Shown here: positions 49,973-57,615 of the stretch, in pieces
How the letters are laid out: every line of letters begins with the position of its first letter
Numbering within the stretch: position 1 is the stretch's first letter
Source: Microbacter sp.
GTDB lineage: Bacteria; Bacteroidota; Bacteroidia; Bacteroidales; Paludibacteraceae
DNA length: 64,000 nt
Assembly (NCBI GenBank): GCA_049976245.1
Contig: JBMFIQ010000001.1
Location: 1,265 to 65,264, forward strand
Reading direction: 5' to 3'
Translations under genes and position numbers: made by a program
Notes under the pieces: model-generated
What the model was told of the DNA's origin: nothing
The model's database searches: none
Seen by the model: the letters and a program-made list of their open reading frames with translations, nothing else

Positions 49973-52900
49973 ATGAAAAAATCAATTACATTATTAAGAA
50001 CGTTGTTTTTTGTTTTGTTTTTACTCGTTGTAAACGGGGTTCTTTACGGACAAGCCTCTTTGCCTGTAAATGCCACGTTTTCATCAGTAACAACTTCAGG
50101 TCCTGGTACGATGCCTACCGGCTTTACCCAATCGGGCTTGGGTGGATATGCCGGTGCGTTGAAATTTGACACGCAAGGTGATTACTTGATTCTTTGGTTT
50201 GCCGGTACACCAGGTGTTTTGACATTTGATGTAGGAGTCAATATTACATTTCCGGGGAGTATTCCTTCAGGTGCAACTTTCACACTACAACAGTCGAACG
50301 ATGGAACTATTTATACCGATGTGGCCAATTACACAAACTGTTCAGGTGGAACTAAAACAATCAGCAATTTAAATGCAACGACCAGATATGTGAAATGGAT
50401 TTACAGCACTAAACGATCAGGGACAAATATTGCATTAAAGAATATTTCTCTGGCGGCTGCTTCTTCTTCCACAGGAATCATCTCCCTTTCGCCTGCTTCT
50501 TTGTCAGGGTTTACCTACGTTGAAGGGTCCGGCCCTTCATCTGAACAAACATTTACGCTTTCTGGCAGTAATTTGACAGCAGATGTTAGCTTGACAGCTT
50601 CGACAGATTTCGAAATTTCAAAAACTTCCGGTTCAGGTTATGCTTCACCGTTGGTTTTTACTCCATCGAACGGAACTTTGGATGCGACTACAATTTATGT
50701 CCGTTTGAAATCAGGATTGTCAGTCGGTAGTTATAGTAATGAAGCAATCACGGCTTCTTCAACAGGCGCTGACAACCAAACAATCACATGCAGCGGGAGC
50801 GTGACATCGCCTGTAAAACCAGAGCCCTCTGCTTATCCTACGTCGTTTACCGCCACTGCCAATTCGAGCAGTCAAATTACGATAACATGGACTGATGCTA
50901 CAGGCGGACAGGTCCCCGATGGCTATTTGGTGAAAGCATCAACGGGGACACCAACTGCACCGGTTGACGGCACTGCAGAATCAAATGGCGCATTGGTACT
51001 AAATGTTGCGCAAGGAACACAGCAAGCGGTATTTTCGGGTTTAGCAGCTTCAACAACATACAATGTTTCCATTTGGCCATACACCAATAGTGGCACTGCC
51101 ATCAATTATAAAACTGACGGAACTGAGCCTACCGCCACTGCAACGACCAACGCTTCGGCTTCTTATACTTGGAATCAAACGGGTTCTGCAGATTTTGGAA
51201 CAGCTTCTAATTGGACTCCGGCAAGAAGCAATCCCGATCCAACGGATGTTTTGGTCTTTAACAACGGAGCTGTCACTACCGTTACAGGCGTTTCGTCTCA
51301 AACCATTGGCGGATTGCTTGTATCGAATGGATCGAAAGTAACCTTTTCCAGTTCTGCCCCTGCAACGCTTACCATCAACAATGGCATAAGCGGTTTTGAT
51401 TTGACTGTAGATAACGGATGCGAATTAAATATTGCTCAAACCTCCGCAAATGCTTTTACAATAGCGATTGCTTCAGGAGCCACAGGGAGCATTTCCGGAT
51501 CGATGGATTTTTCGAGTACCACAGCCAATACCGTAAATCAAATTACAGCCGCTGACGCTTCAGGACTTATCTTCAATGCAGGAGCTCTATTTACCCAAAA
51601 TCTGAACAGTACAGGCAATGTCTTTGGGAGTGGCACAGCCAACAGTGTTGTGTTTGCAAACGGTTCAAGTTTTGTTCAATATGCAGGATCCAATCCTTTT
51701 CAAAAAACAGCTCCATCTTCAGTGGTTGTTTTTCAAACAGGGAGCTTGTTTAAGTTGAAAGGAAGTCTTTCTCCATCATTTTCGGGAAGAACATATGCGA
51801 ACGTGGAAATTGATGCTACCGGTAGTTTGATCTCTCCAACAGGAACTTCTGCTGTTGTCATGGACAACCTGACCATTACGAATGGGACATTGAATTTCAA
51901 TGTAACCGGAGCGCCCGGTCATATCATTAAAGGGAACATTTTCGTGGCGCCCGGAGCCACATTGAATTTTGCCCCTACTTCAGCAGGAACGGTCAATCTC
52001 GGCGGAAGTGCATTGCAAACCATTTCAGGAGGTGGCATCATCACCACTGCTACTAATTCAACTTTGAACATCAGTAATAATGCCGGTGTTATGATTGACA
52101 ACAATGCTGTTATTGGTGGTAATTTAACCATTGCAAGCGGTGCATCCTGCAGTCTTAATCCAGCCCGACAACTTACCGTTTCAGGTACTTTAACAAACAA
52201 CGGGACGTTGAATTTGTTGTCCGATGGAACCTATGGAACAGCTACCATTACAGGAACGGTTAACGGCAGTGGGACGACCAACGTAACTCAGGTTCTTGGG
52301 GCCGACCGTAACTGGTATTTGTCATCACCGGTGAGTAATGCAGCTATACCGGATGCCGATCAGGTTTGGTATTATGACGAAACGGTGGTCAGTGCTAACG
52401 CCAATGATAGTTGGAAATCGCCTACCGGATTGTTGCAAGTTGGAAGAGGTTACATTGTCAATCCTAAAGCAGACGCTATCGATCATATTATTTTCAGTGG
52501 GCTTTTGAACAGCGGTGATCAACCGGCGATCACTTTGACGCGGACTTCAACCAAAACAAATTATGTTGGGTTTAATTTATTAGGAAATCCCTACGCTTCA
52601 TTTTTGAATGTCAATGCGTTGATGAATGATCCGGACAATACAGGCAGCGTGTTGCCTACCATCTGGTATCGTACCAAGAATGGTAGCGCATGGTCATTCC
52701 CAACATTTAATGCATCCTCCGGAATCGGAGTTCCGGCTGACAACCTTGGATTCATTCCTCCTATGCAGGCTTTTTGGGTTCGTGCTACAACAGACGGCGT
52801 TTCATTTCATTTTAAGGAGGCTTTTCGGATTCACAACACCACCAATTCTCCGATAGCCTTTAAATCTTCTCCTGCACCGTTCAATAAAGTGTTGCGCTTG

Positions 52901-53557
52901 CAGGTAGCTGCCGGTGACAATACCGATCAGGCCGTGATTTACTTCAATCCTGGCGCTTCGAATGGTTTGGATGATTACGATTCGCCTAAAATGCTGAATG
53001 GAAGCACATCGACACTTCCCGATCTTTACACTTCCGAAGGGAACGAACCCTTGATTATTAACGGGATGGATACCATTCCTTACGATACGGAAATTCCCTT
53101 GACGCTCAATGCCAATGCAGCGCCGACCAGCACCTTTACCATATCGGCATTGGAATTCAGCAATTTTGATCCGAATACACATGCTTATTTGATCGATCAC
53201 GACACCAACAGCAAAACGGATTTGACGACGGACACCTACACCTTTACGTCAGATGGCACGATGAGTTCTCGATTTTCGGTTTTGTTCACATCGTCCAATC
53301 CGGCTACGAAAATTGGGACAACCACAAGCGGAGTACTACAGGTTTACACCACGAACGATCATGCCATTGTAGTGAGTTGCAACGTCAATGGATCAGGGGC
53401 GCAACGGGTGAACGTGTACAATTCGATGGGCGAATTGATCTATTCGAAAACATTTACCGGAAGCCAGTTGATCACTCCAGCGATGAATGAAGGGATGTAT
53501 GTGGTGGAATGGATGAACCAAACCGGCCGACAAATCAGGAAAGTCATGGTGCATTAA
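49973..53557 (+). CDS. large secreted T9SS cargo protein (Ig-like + FN3-like + beta-helix-like repeats + C-terminal sorting domain)
   Basis: 1194-aa ORF with a signal peptide (LFFVLFLLVVNGVLYGQA). An FN3-like segment is present (SSQITITWTDATGGQVPDGYLVKAS...TTYNVSIWPY). A long Gly/Asn/Thr-rich repetitive region suggests a beta-helix. The last ~70 aa (..VNVYNSMGELIYSKTF...GMYVVEWMNQTGRQIRKVMVH) match the Por_Secre_tail / T9SS type A CTD pattern. Confidence 0.8.
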   Translation: MKKSITLLRTLFFVLFLLVVNGVLYGQASLPVNATFSSVTTSGPGTMPTGFTQSGLGGYAGALKFDTQGDYLILWFAGTPGVLTFDVGVNITFPGSIPSGATFTLQQSNDGTIYTDVANYTNCSGGTKTISNLNATTRYVKWIYSTKRSGTNIALKNISLAAASSSTGIISLSPASLSGFTYVEGSGPSSEQTFTLSGSNLTADVSLTASTDFEISKTSGSGYASPLVFTPSNGTLDATTIYVRLKSGLSVGSYSNEAITASSTGADNQTITCSGSVTSPVKPEPSAYPTSFTATANSSSQITITWTDATGGQVPDGYLVKASTGTPTAPVDGTAESNGALVLNVAQGTQQAVFSGLAASTTYNVSIWPYTNSGTAINYKTDGTEPTATATTNASASYTWNQTGSADFGTASNWTPARSNPDPTDVLVFNNGAVTTVTGVSSQTIGGLLVSNGSKVTFSSSAPATLTINNGISGFDLTVDNGCELNIAQTSANAFTIAIASGATGSISGSMDFSSTTANTVNQITAADASGLIFNAGALFTQNLNSTGNVFGSGTANSVVFANGSSFVQYAGSNPFQKTAPSSVVVFQTGSLFKLKGSLSPSFSGRTYANVEIDATGSLISPTGTSAVVMDNLTITNGTLNFNVTGAPGHIIKGNIFVAPGATLNFAPTSAGTVNLGGSALQTISGGGIITTATNSTLNISNNAGVMIDNNAVIGGNLTIASGASCSLNPARQLTVSGTLTNNGTLNLLSDGTYGTATITGTVNGSGTTNVTQVLGADRNWYLSSPVSNAAIPDADQVWYYDETVVSANANDSWKSPTGLLQVGRGYIVNPKADAIDHIIFSGLLNSGDQPAITLTRTSTKTNYVGFNLLGNPYASFLNVNALMNDPDNTGSVLPTIWYRTKNGSAWSFPTFNASSGIGVPADNLGFIPPMQAFWVRATTDGVSFHFKEAFRIHNTTNSPIAFKSSPAPFNKVLRLQVAAGDNTDQAVIYFNPGASNGLDDYDSPKMLNGSTSTLPDLYTSEGNEPLIINGMDTIPYDTEIPLTLNANAAPTSTFTISALEFSNFDPNTHAYLIDHDTNSKTDLTTDTYTFTSDGTMSSRFSVLFTSSNPATKIGTTTSGVLQVYTTNDHAIVVSCNVNGSGAQRVNVYNSMGELIYSKTFTGSQLITPAMNEGMYVVEWMNQTGRQIRKVMVH

Positions 53558-53627
53558 AAAGGCAGTTTGAACTGAGATAAATATCAAGAATCAATCAAGA
53601 ATCAATCAAAAATAAAAACAAGTCAAT

Positions 53628-53786
53628 ATGAAACGTATTTATATCGCCCCCGAAATTGAAACCATCCAATTAGATCATGAAATCTCTTTAGCGTTGGAAT
53701 CGACCCCGCCGAATGGGCCTGACGAAACTTTAAACACCCGGGAACATTTCACTCCAAATGATCCATATAATCCGACATTGACCTAA
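53628..53786 (+). CDS. candidate RiPP precursor peptide (52 aa), unannotated sORF
   Basis: Hand translation gives MKRIYIAPEIETIQLDHEISLALESTPPNGPDETLNTREHFTPNDPYNPTLT*. It has an A-rich Bacteroidota-style translation start and a lasso-leader-like Y-x-x-P-x-I-x-x-I motif. It sits immediately upstream of PqqD, kinase and peptidase-ABC genes and is followed by an intrinsic terminator. Confidence 0.6.
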   Translation: MKRIYIAPEIETIQLDHEISLALESTPPNGPDETLNTREHFTPNDPYNPTLT

Positions 53787-53802
53787 ACGGATGCTTCAAA
53801 AT

Positions 53803-53842
53803 AAAAAACCGTCTGTAGCCTTTTAGTTCGGACGGTTTTTTT
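53803..53842 (+). terminator. intrinsic terminator/attenuator directly after the precursor sORF
   Basis: AAAAAACCGTC (53803-13) / GACGGTTTTTTT (53831-42): the CCGTC/GACGG stem, extendable through A:T pairs, is followed by a T7 run. Confidence 0.65.
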
Positions 53843-53874
53843 GTGCTTTTCATCTTTTAACTAAGAATATGTGC

Positions 53875-53882
53875 TATATTTG
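53875..53882 (+). promoter_or_regulatory. -7 box (TATATTTG) upstream of the PqqD-kinase-ABC genes
   Basis: TAnnTTTG 34 nt upstream of ATG 53916. Confidence 0.45.
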
Positions 53883-53915
53883 TCAAATATGTATCTTTTT
53901 TCAAACCTTTGATCT

Positions 53916-54206
53916 ATGAATTTTGAACAATTAAAAGCATTAAAATCTCATTTTGTTTCTAAAGAAGTAGGCGATGAACTTGTTTTAGTGCCGCTGACAA
54001 ATAATGTCGTTCAGATGAATGAACTTTTTACGCTCAATGAAACCGGTCGGTTTATTTGGCAAAACAGCGACAACGTTGAGGACATCGATCGAATGGCCAC
54101 TTTAATGACCGATGCTTTCGACATTGATCGTGAAACTGCACAAAAGGATATTTCAAACTTTTTAGATCGAATTGCTACTTTATTCATTAAAAAACGCAGC
54201 CTATAA
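53916..54206 (+). CDS. PqqD-family protein (RiPP recognition element-like peptide chaperone)
   Basis: 96-aa ORF. Its size and pattern (..GDELVLVPL....MNELFTLNETGRFIWQ......DIDRMATLMTDAFDIDRETAQKDISNFLDRI) are typical of stand-alone PqqD/RRE proteins such as lasso B1. Confidence 0.75.
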   Translation: MNFEQLKALKSHFVSKEVGDELVLVPLTNNVVQMNELFTLNETGRFIWQNSDNVEDIDRMATLMTDAFDIDRETAQKDISNFLDRIATLFIKKRSL

Positions 54207-54213
54207 ATTTGAA

Positions 54214-55071
54214 ATGCCTGTCAAAACACTTTCCATTGCCGGCATCGTTGTTCAACTTCGTTCCGATTCCCCTTTTATGCTGGAAGAAGGTTATTTGCCT
54301 TTTGTCGTGAACAATGCCTTTTTGCCATCCGTTCTTATTGATTGCCATTTGGGAATTCCACCTTCCGTGATTCCTGTTTCTACTCCTGTTTTTGAGGCCA
54401 AAACTGAAGTTCAACAATTTTATGCCGTTTACGATCGCGGAAGTGAAGGATTGCTTTTTCAAATTTTTGATCAGCAGGATGGCAAAACGCAGCAGATAGC
54501 CATTAGCAATGCGACTTTTGATCAATGGGAAATATTTTCGGAATCGATGAACGGGATGCTTATTCCCTTAAAATTTCCTCTCGGCCCCATCATCATTCAC
54601 TATATGGCGTTGAATTTGGAAGCCGTTTTGATGCATGCTTCATGTGTTTTCGATGGGCAGAAAGGGCGTTTGTTCAGCGGTTTTTCAGGCGCAGGCAAAA
54701 GCACCATTTCACGCATATTCTCAAAATCGGGTCAAACTGTGGTGAATGATGACAGAATCCTGATTCGGAAAGAAAAAGGGAACTTTATTGCTTACAATAC
54801 GCCGATGTATTATGTCGATCAACCCAAAAATGCCTCATTGGATGCCATTTATTTGATTCATCACTCGCCAGAAAATAGCATAAAACAATTAACGGGAGCA
54901 TTGGCTGTGACAAAAGTAATGGCTTTTTGCATTCAAAATAATTTTGATCGACAATTTGTGAATGCGCGGTTGAACTTTTTTGTCGAACTGTGCTCTAAAG
55001 TGAAGGTTTATGAACTTGGTTTTGTCCCTGACAAAAGCGTTGTGGATTTTATTTCACAACATGCTGAATGA
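54214..55071 (+). CDS. HPr-kinase-like P-loop serine/threonine kinase (lasso-precursor-kinase-like)
   Basis: ORF track 54172..55071. The likely start is ATG 54214, 7 nt after the PqqD stop. LMHASCVFDGQKGRLFSGFSGAGKSTISRIF...GQTVVNDDRILI mirrors the HprK C-terminal kinase core (HA..V...G.G.L..G.SG.GKS.....L...G..LV.DD). Confidence 0.7.
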   Translation: MPVKTLSIAGIVVQLRSDSPFMLEEGYLPFVVNNAFLPSVLIDCHLGIPPSVIPVSTPVFEAKTEVQQFYAVYDRGSEGLLFQIFDQQDGKTQQIAISNATFDQWEIFSESMNGMLIPLKFPLGPIIIHYMALNLEAVLMHASCVFDGQKGRLFSGFSGAGKSTISRIFSKSGQTVVNDDRILIRKEKGNFIAYNTPMYYVDQPKNASLDAIYLIHHSPENSIKQLTGALAVTKVMAFCIQNNFDRQFVNARLNFFVELCSKVKVYELGFVPDKSVVDFISQHAE

Positions 55072-55130
55072 TGGCATAAAGAACAGAAACCGGATTGCTA
55101 TTTTCCCTTGCAAAGAACAAAGATTCAAGT

Positions 55131-57368
55131 ATGACAAAACTGACCGGAAAAGAACCATTGATCCATTTAGCCGAAGCGCTGCTTGAAGGTGACCATTCGG
55201 TGAGTTTTGTGATGCAGGGCTACAGCATGTATCCAACGTTGCGTCCGTCTGACAAAGGGTTGGTCGAAAAATGTCATCCAAAAGACCTTCGAAAAGGGGA
55301 CATCCTTGTTTTTCGACAAGATCAACAATGGATTGCGCACCGACTCATGCAGATCAAAGTCACGGAAAATGGCACTACGTTTTTGACAAAAGGAGATCGG
55401 CTTAAAACGTTTGATGCGCCTGTTGATGAAAAAGCCGTTGTGGGAAAGGTGATCGCTTATGAACGACACAACAAAACCGTCTCATTGAATGGATTGGTTT
55501 TAAGAAAGCAATTTGTATTGCATTTTCCAACCTTCAGTGCAAGACTTTTTAGCATGGAATTATCCATCCTGCTGCAATTTCTCCATACCAGAGAAAGCAT
55601 TGCCCGTTTGATTAAGCATGTCAAGCTGTTTTTGCAAGGTTCAGTCAGGATTTTTCTCATCAATAGCTTGATTTCCGTGCTTCAGGGAGTTGTTCCGTTG
55701 TTGACCATTGTGTCCATCAAAATGCTTATTGATCAAATTGGAAAGGCTTCTCTTCAAGGCAGTTCAGTCTATGTCCTTTTCTGGCTGATCATTACAGGCT
55801 CTCTTTTTCTTTTGGCAGGGATATTGACCGAGATGTCAGGATTCTTTTTAGAGAAAATGGAACAATCGGTTTCGCGCATGGTTTATCGCAGTATGCACGA
55901 CAAACACGCAACGATTCCGCTGGCAGCCTACGAAATACCGACAGAGCAGGATAAAATGCATCGTGCCGTTCAGGAGGCGTCATTTCGTCCTTTGAAATGG
56001 TTGAATGAACTTTTGGGGTTGATACGTTCCGTTACGGGATCTCTGTTGTTAGCCGTAATTTTTTTGACCATTCGGTGGTATTTACCCATCATTTTGTTAG
56101 TTGCCGTTTTGCCTGGTGTGGTTGTACGACTTCGGTATGCTCGCCGTAACTACCGGCTCAAAACAGCCCAAAGTACCCAAGAGCGTGCCTTGTACTATTT
56201 TAATCGTGTCTTGACAGCTTTTCCGTTTGCTAAAGAGCTGCGACTTTTTCATTTTTCCGACTACTTTAAAACAAAATTCTCGACGGTACAGGAAGATTTG
56301 TTTGCGGAGAAATTATCGCTTAGAAAAGCGGAAATGACGGGCGGGATTTTGACACAACTCTTTGCCGTCATGGTCATTTTTGGGAGCATGGGATTGTTCT
56401 CTTATCTGAGCTTGAACAATTCAGTTAGCGTGGGCACGGTGGTGCTGTTTTTCTTTGCCTTTCAACGTGGATATGCCGTGGTGAATGAGCTTTTTCAATC
56501 CATTATCCGAATTTCACAGGATAATATATTTTTGGACGATGTGAGTGCGTTTTTGCAACAATCACAAGATGTTGAAAATAAACAACATGATCGCGTATTT
56601 TCATTAAAAAAAGAAATCCGATTTGAACAAGCCTCGTTCAGTTATGCGCACAGCGGACGCCAAGCATTGAAGAATATTGATTTGATTATTCCTGTGGGTA
56701 AAAAAGTGGCGTTTGTCGGCGAAAACGGCTCGGGAAAAACAACCACAGTCAAATTGCTTTGCGGATTTTACTATCCCGACAGCGGCAAAGTGACTTACGA
56801 CGGCATTTCTACCACCGAGTTCAACCCATCTGCAATCTTGGAACACATTGCTGCCGTTTTTCAGGATTTTGCACTTTACAATCTCACCGCCCTCGAAAAC
56901 ATCGGATTAGGCAATGTGGCTTCGCCCGTCAATTTGGAGAAGACGCAGTTGGCAGCACAAAAAGCCGGTATTCATGATGTGTTGAACAAACTTCCTCGCG
57001 GTTATCATCATCTATTGGGCAATTTGTTTGAAGGAGGAGAAGAGTTGAGCATGGGTCAGTGGCAAAAAATGGCTTTAGCCAGAGCTTTTTATAGAGATTC
57101 GGAATTGATTGTCTTGGATGAGCCTTCCAGTGCGCTCGACGCTCATGCCGAAAAACAAATGGTCAATGCACTTCGCAGGCTTACCGCCGACAAAACTGCC
57201 GTCATTGTCAGTCATCGGTTGTCCACCGTGCAATGGGCAGACAAAATTTACTTTTTTCACGATGGTGAAGTTCGAGAAGAGGGCACGCACACTGAATTGA
57301 TGGCGCTGAAAGGAGGTTATTATCAATTGTTTAACGCCGTCAATAGTGGCAATGATGGTCATGAATAA
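55131..57368 (+). CDS. fusion protein: N-terminal SipW/Sec11-type (S26) signal-peptidase-like domain + ABC exporter (TMD + NBD)
   Basis: ORF track 55095..57368 (TTG). The likely start is ATG 55131. The N-terminal ~130 aa carry GYSMYPTL (SPase Ser box), GDILVFR, IAHRL (His box of ER/archaeal-type SPases) and TKGD. Multiple TM helices follow. The NBD has Walker A GENGSGKTT, signature LSMGQWQK, Walker B LIVLDEPSSALD and H-loop VSHR. Confidence 0.75.
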   Translation: MTKLTGKEPLIHLAEALLEGDHSVSFVMQGYSMYPTLRPSDKGLVEKCHPKDLRKGDILVFRQDQQWIAHRLMQIKVTENGTTFLTKGDRLKTFDAPVDEKAVVGKVIAYERHNKTVSLNGLVLRKQFVLHFPTFSARLFSMELSILLQFLHTRESIARLIKHVKLFLQGSVRIFLINSLISVLQGVVPLLTIVSIKMLIDQIGKASLQGSSVYVLFWLIITGSLFLLAGILTEMSGFFLEKMEQSVSRMVYRSMHDKHATIPLAAYEIPTEQDKMHRAVQEASFRPLKWLNELLGLIRSVTGSLLLAVIFLTIRWYLPIILLVAVLPGVVVRLRYARRNYRLKTAQSTQERALYYFNRVLTAFPFAKELRLFHFSDYFKTKFSTVQEDLFAEKLSLRKAEMTGGILTQLFAVMVIFGSMGLFSYLSLNNSVSVGTVVLFFFAFQRGYAVVNELFQSIIRISQDNIFLDDVSAFLQQSQDVENKQHDRVFSLKKEIRFEQASFSYAHSGRQALKNIDLIIPVGKKVAFVGENGSGKTTTVKLLCGFYYPDSGKVTYDGISTTEFNPSAILEHIAAVFQDFALYNLTALENIGLGNVASPVNLEKTQLAAQKAGIHDVLNKLPRGYHHLLGNLFEGGEELSMGQWQKMALARAFYRDSELIVLDEPSSALDAHAEKQMVNALRRLTADKTAVIVSHRLSTVQWADKIYFFHDGEVREEGTHTELMALKGGYYQLFNAVNSGNDGHE

Positions 57369-57615
57369 ATGTTTGACACTCCGATTTCTCAATGTATTGC
57401 ATCATCAGCTTGGCGAATGATTGAATGAACTTTTCCGGAAAATGGAACTTTTGGTGCCGCTTTTTTGATCAGAGGATGGATTTTTGTTAAATATTATTTT
57501 AACAGAATGTTTTAACATAAAAAAATTGCAAAAATTCATCTTTTATGCGTAACTTTTTCGTCTGAATTTTAGTGTGTTATTTTCACCACTTTCAGAAGAT
57601 AAGGAGGAAACAATT

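Noticed and set aside
53628-57368. Calling the locus a lasso-peptide gene cluster
   Set aside because: The leader motif, PqqD and HprK-like kinase are lasso-like. However, no asparagine-synthetase-like cyclase and no transglutaminase-like B2 protease are encoded in or next to the operon, and the leader lacks the usual Thr at -2 for either plausible cleavage site.
57369-57428. A 19-codon ORF (MFDTPISQCIASSAWRMIE) overlapping the ABC-gene stop, as a second precursor or immunity peptide
   Set aside because: It has no leader-like motif and no similarity to the 52-aa sORF. ORFs this short arise by chance, so I cannot support it.
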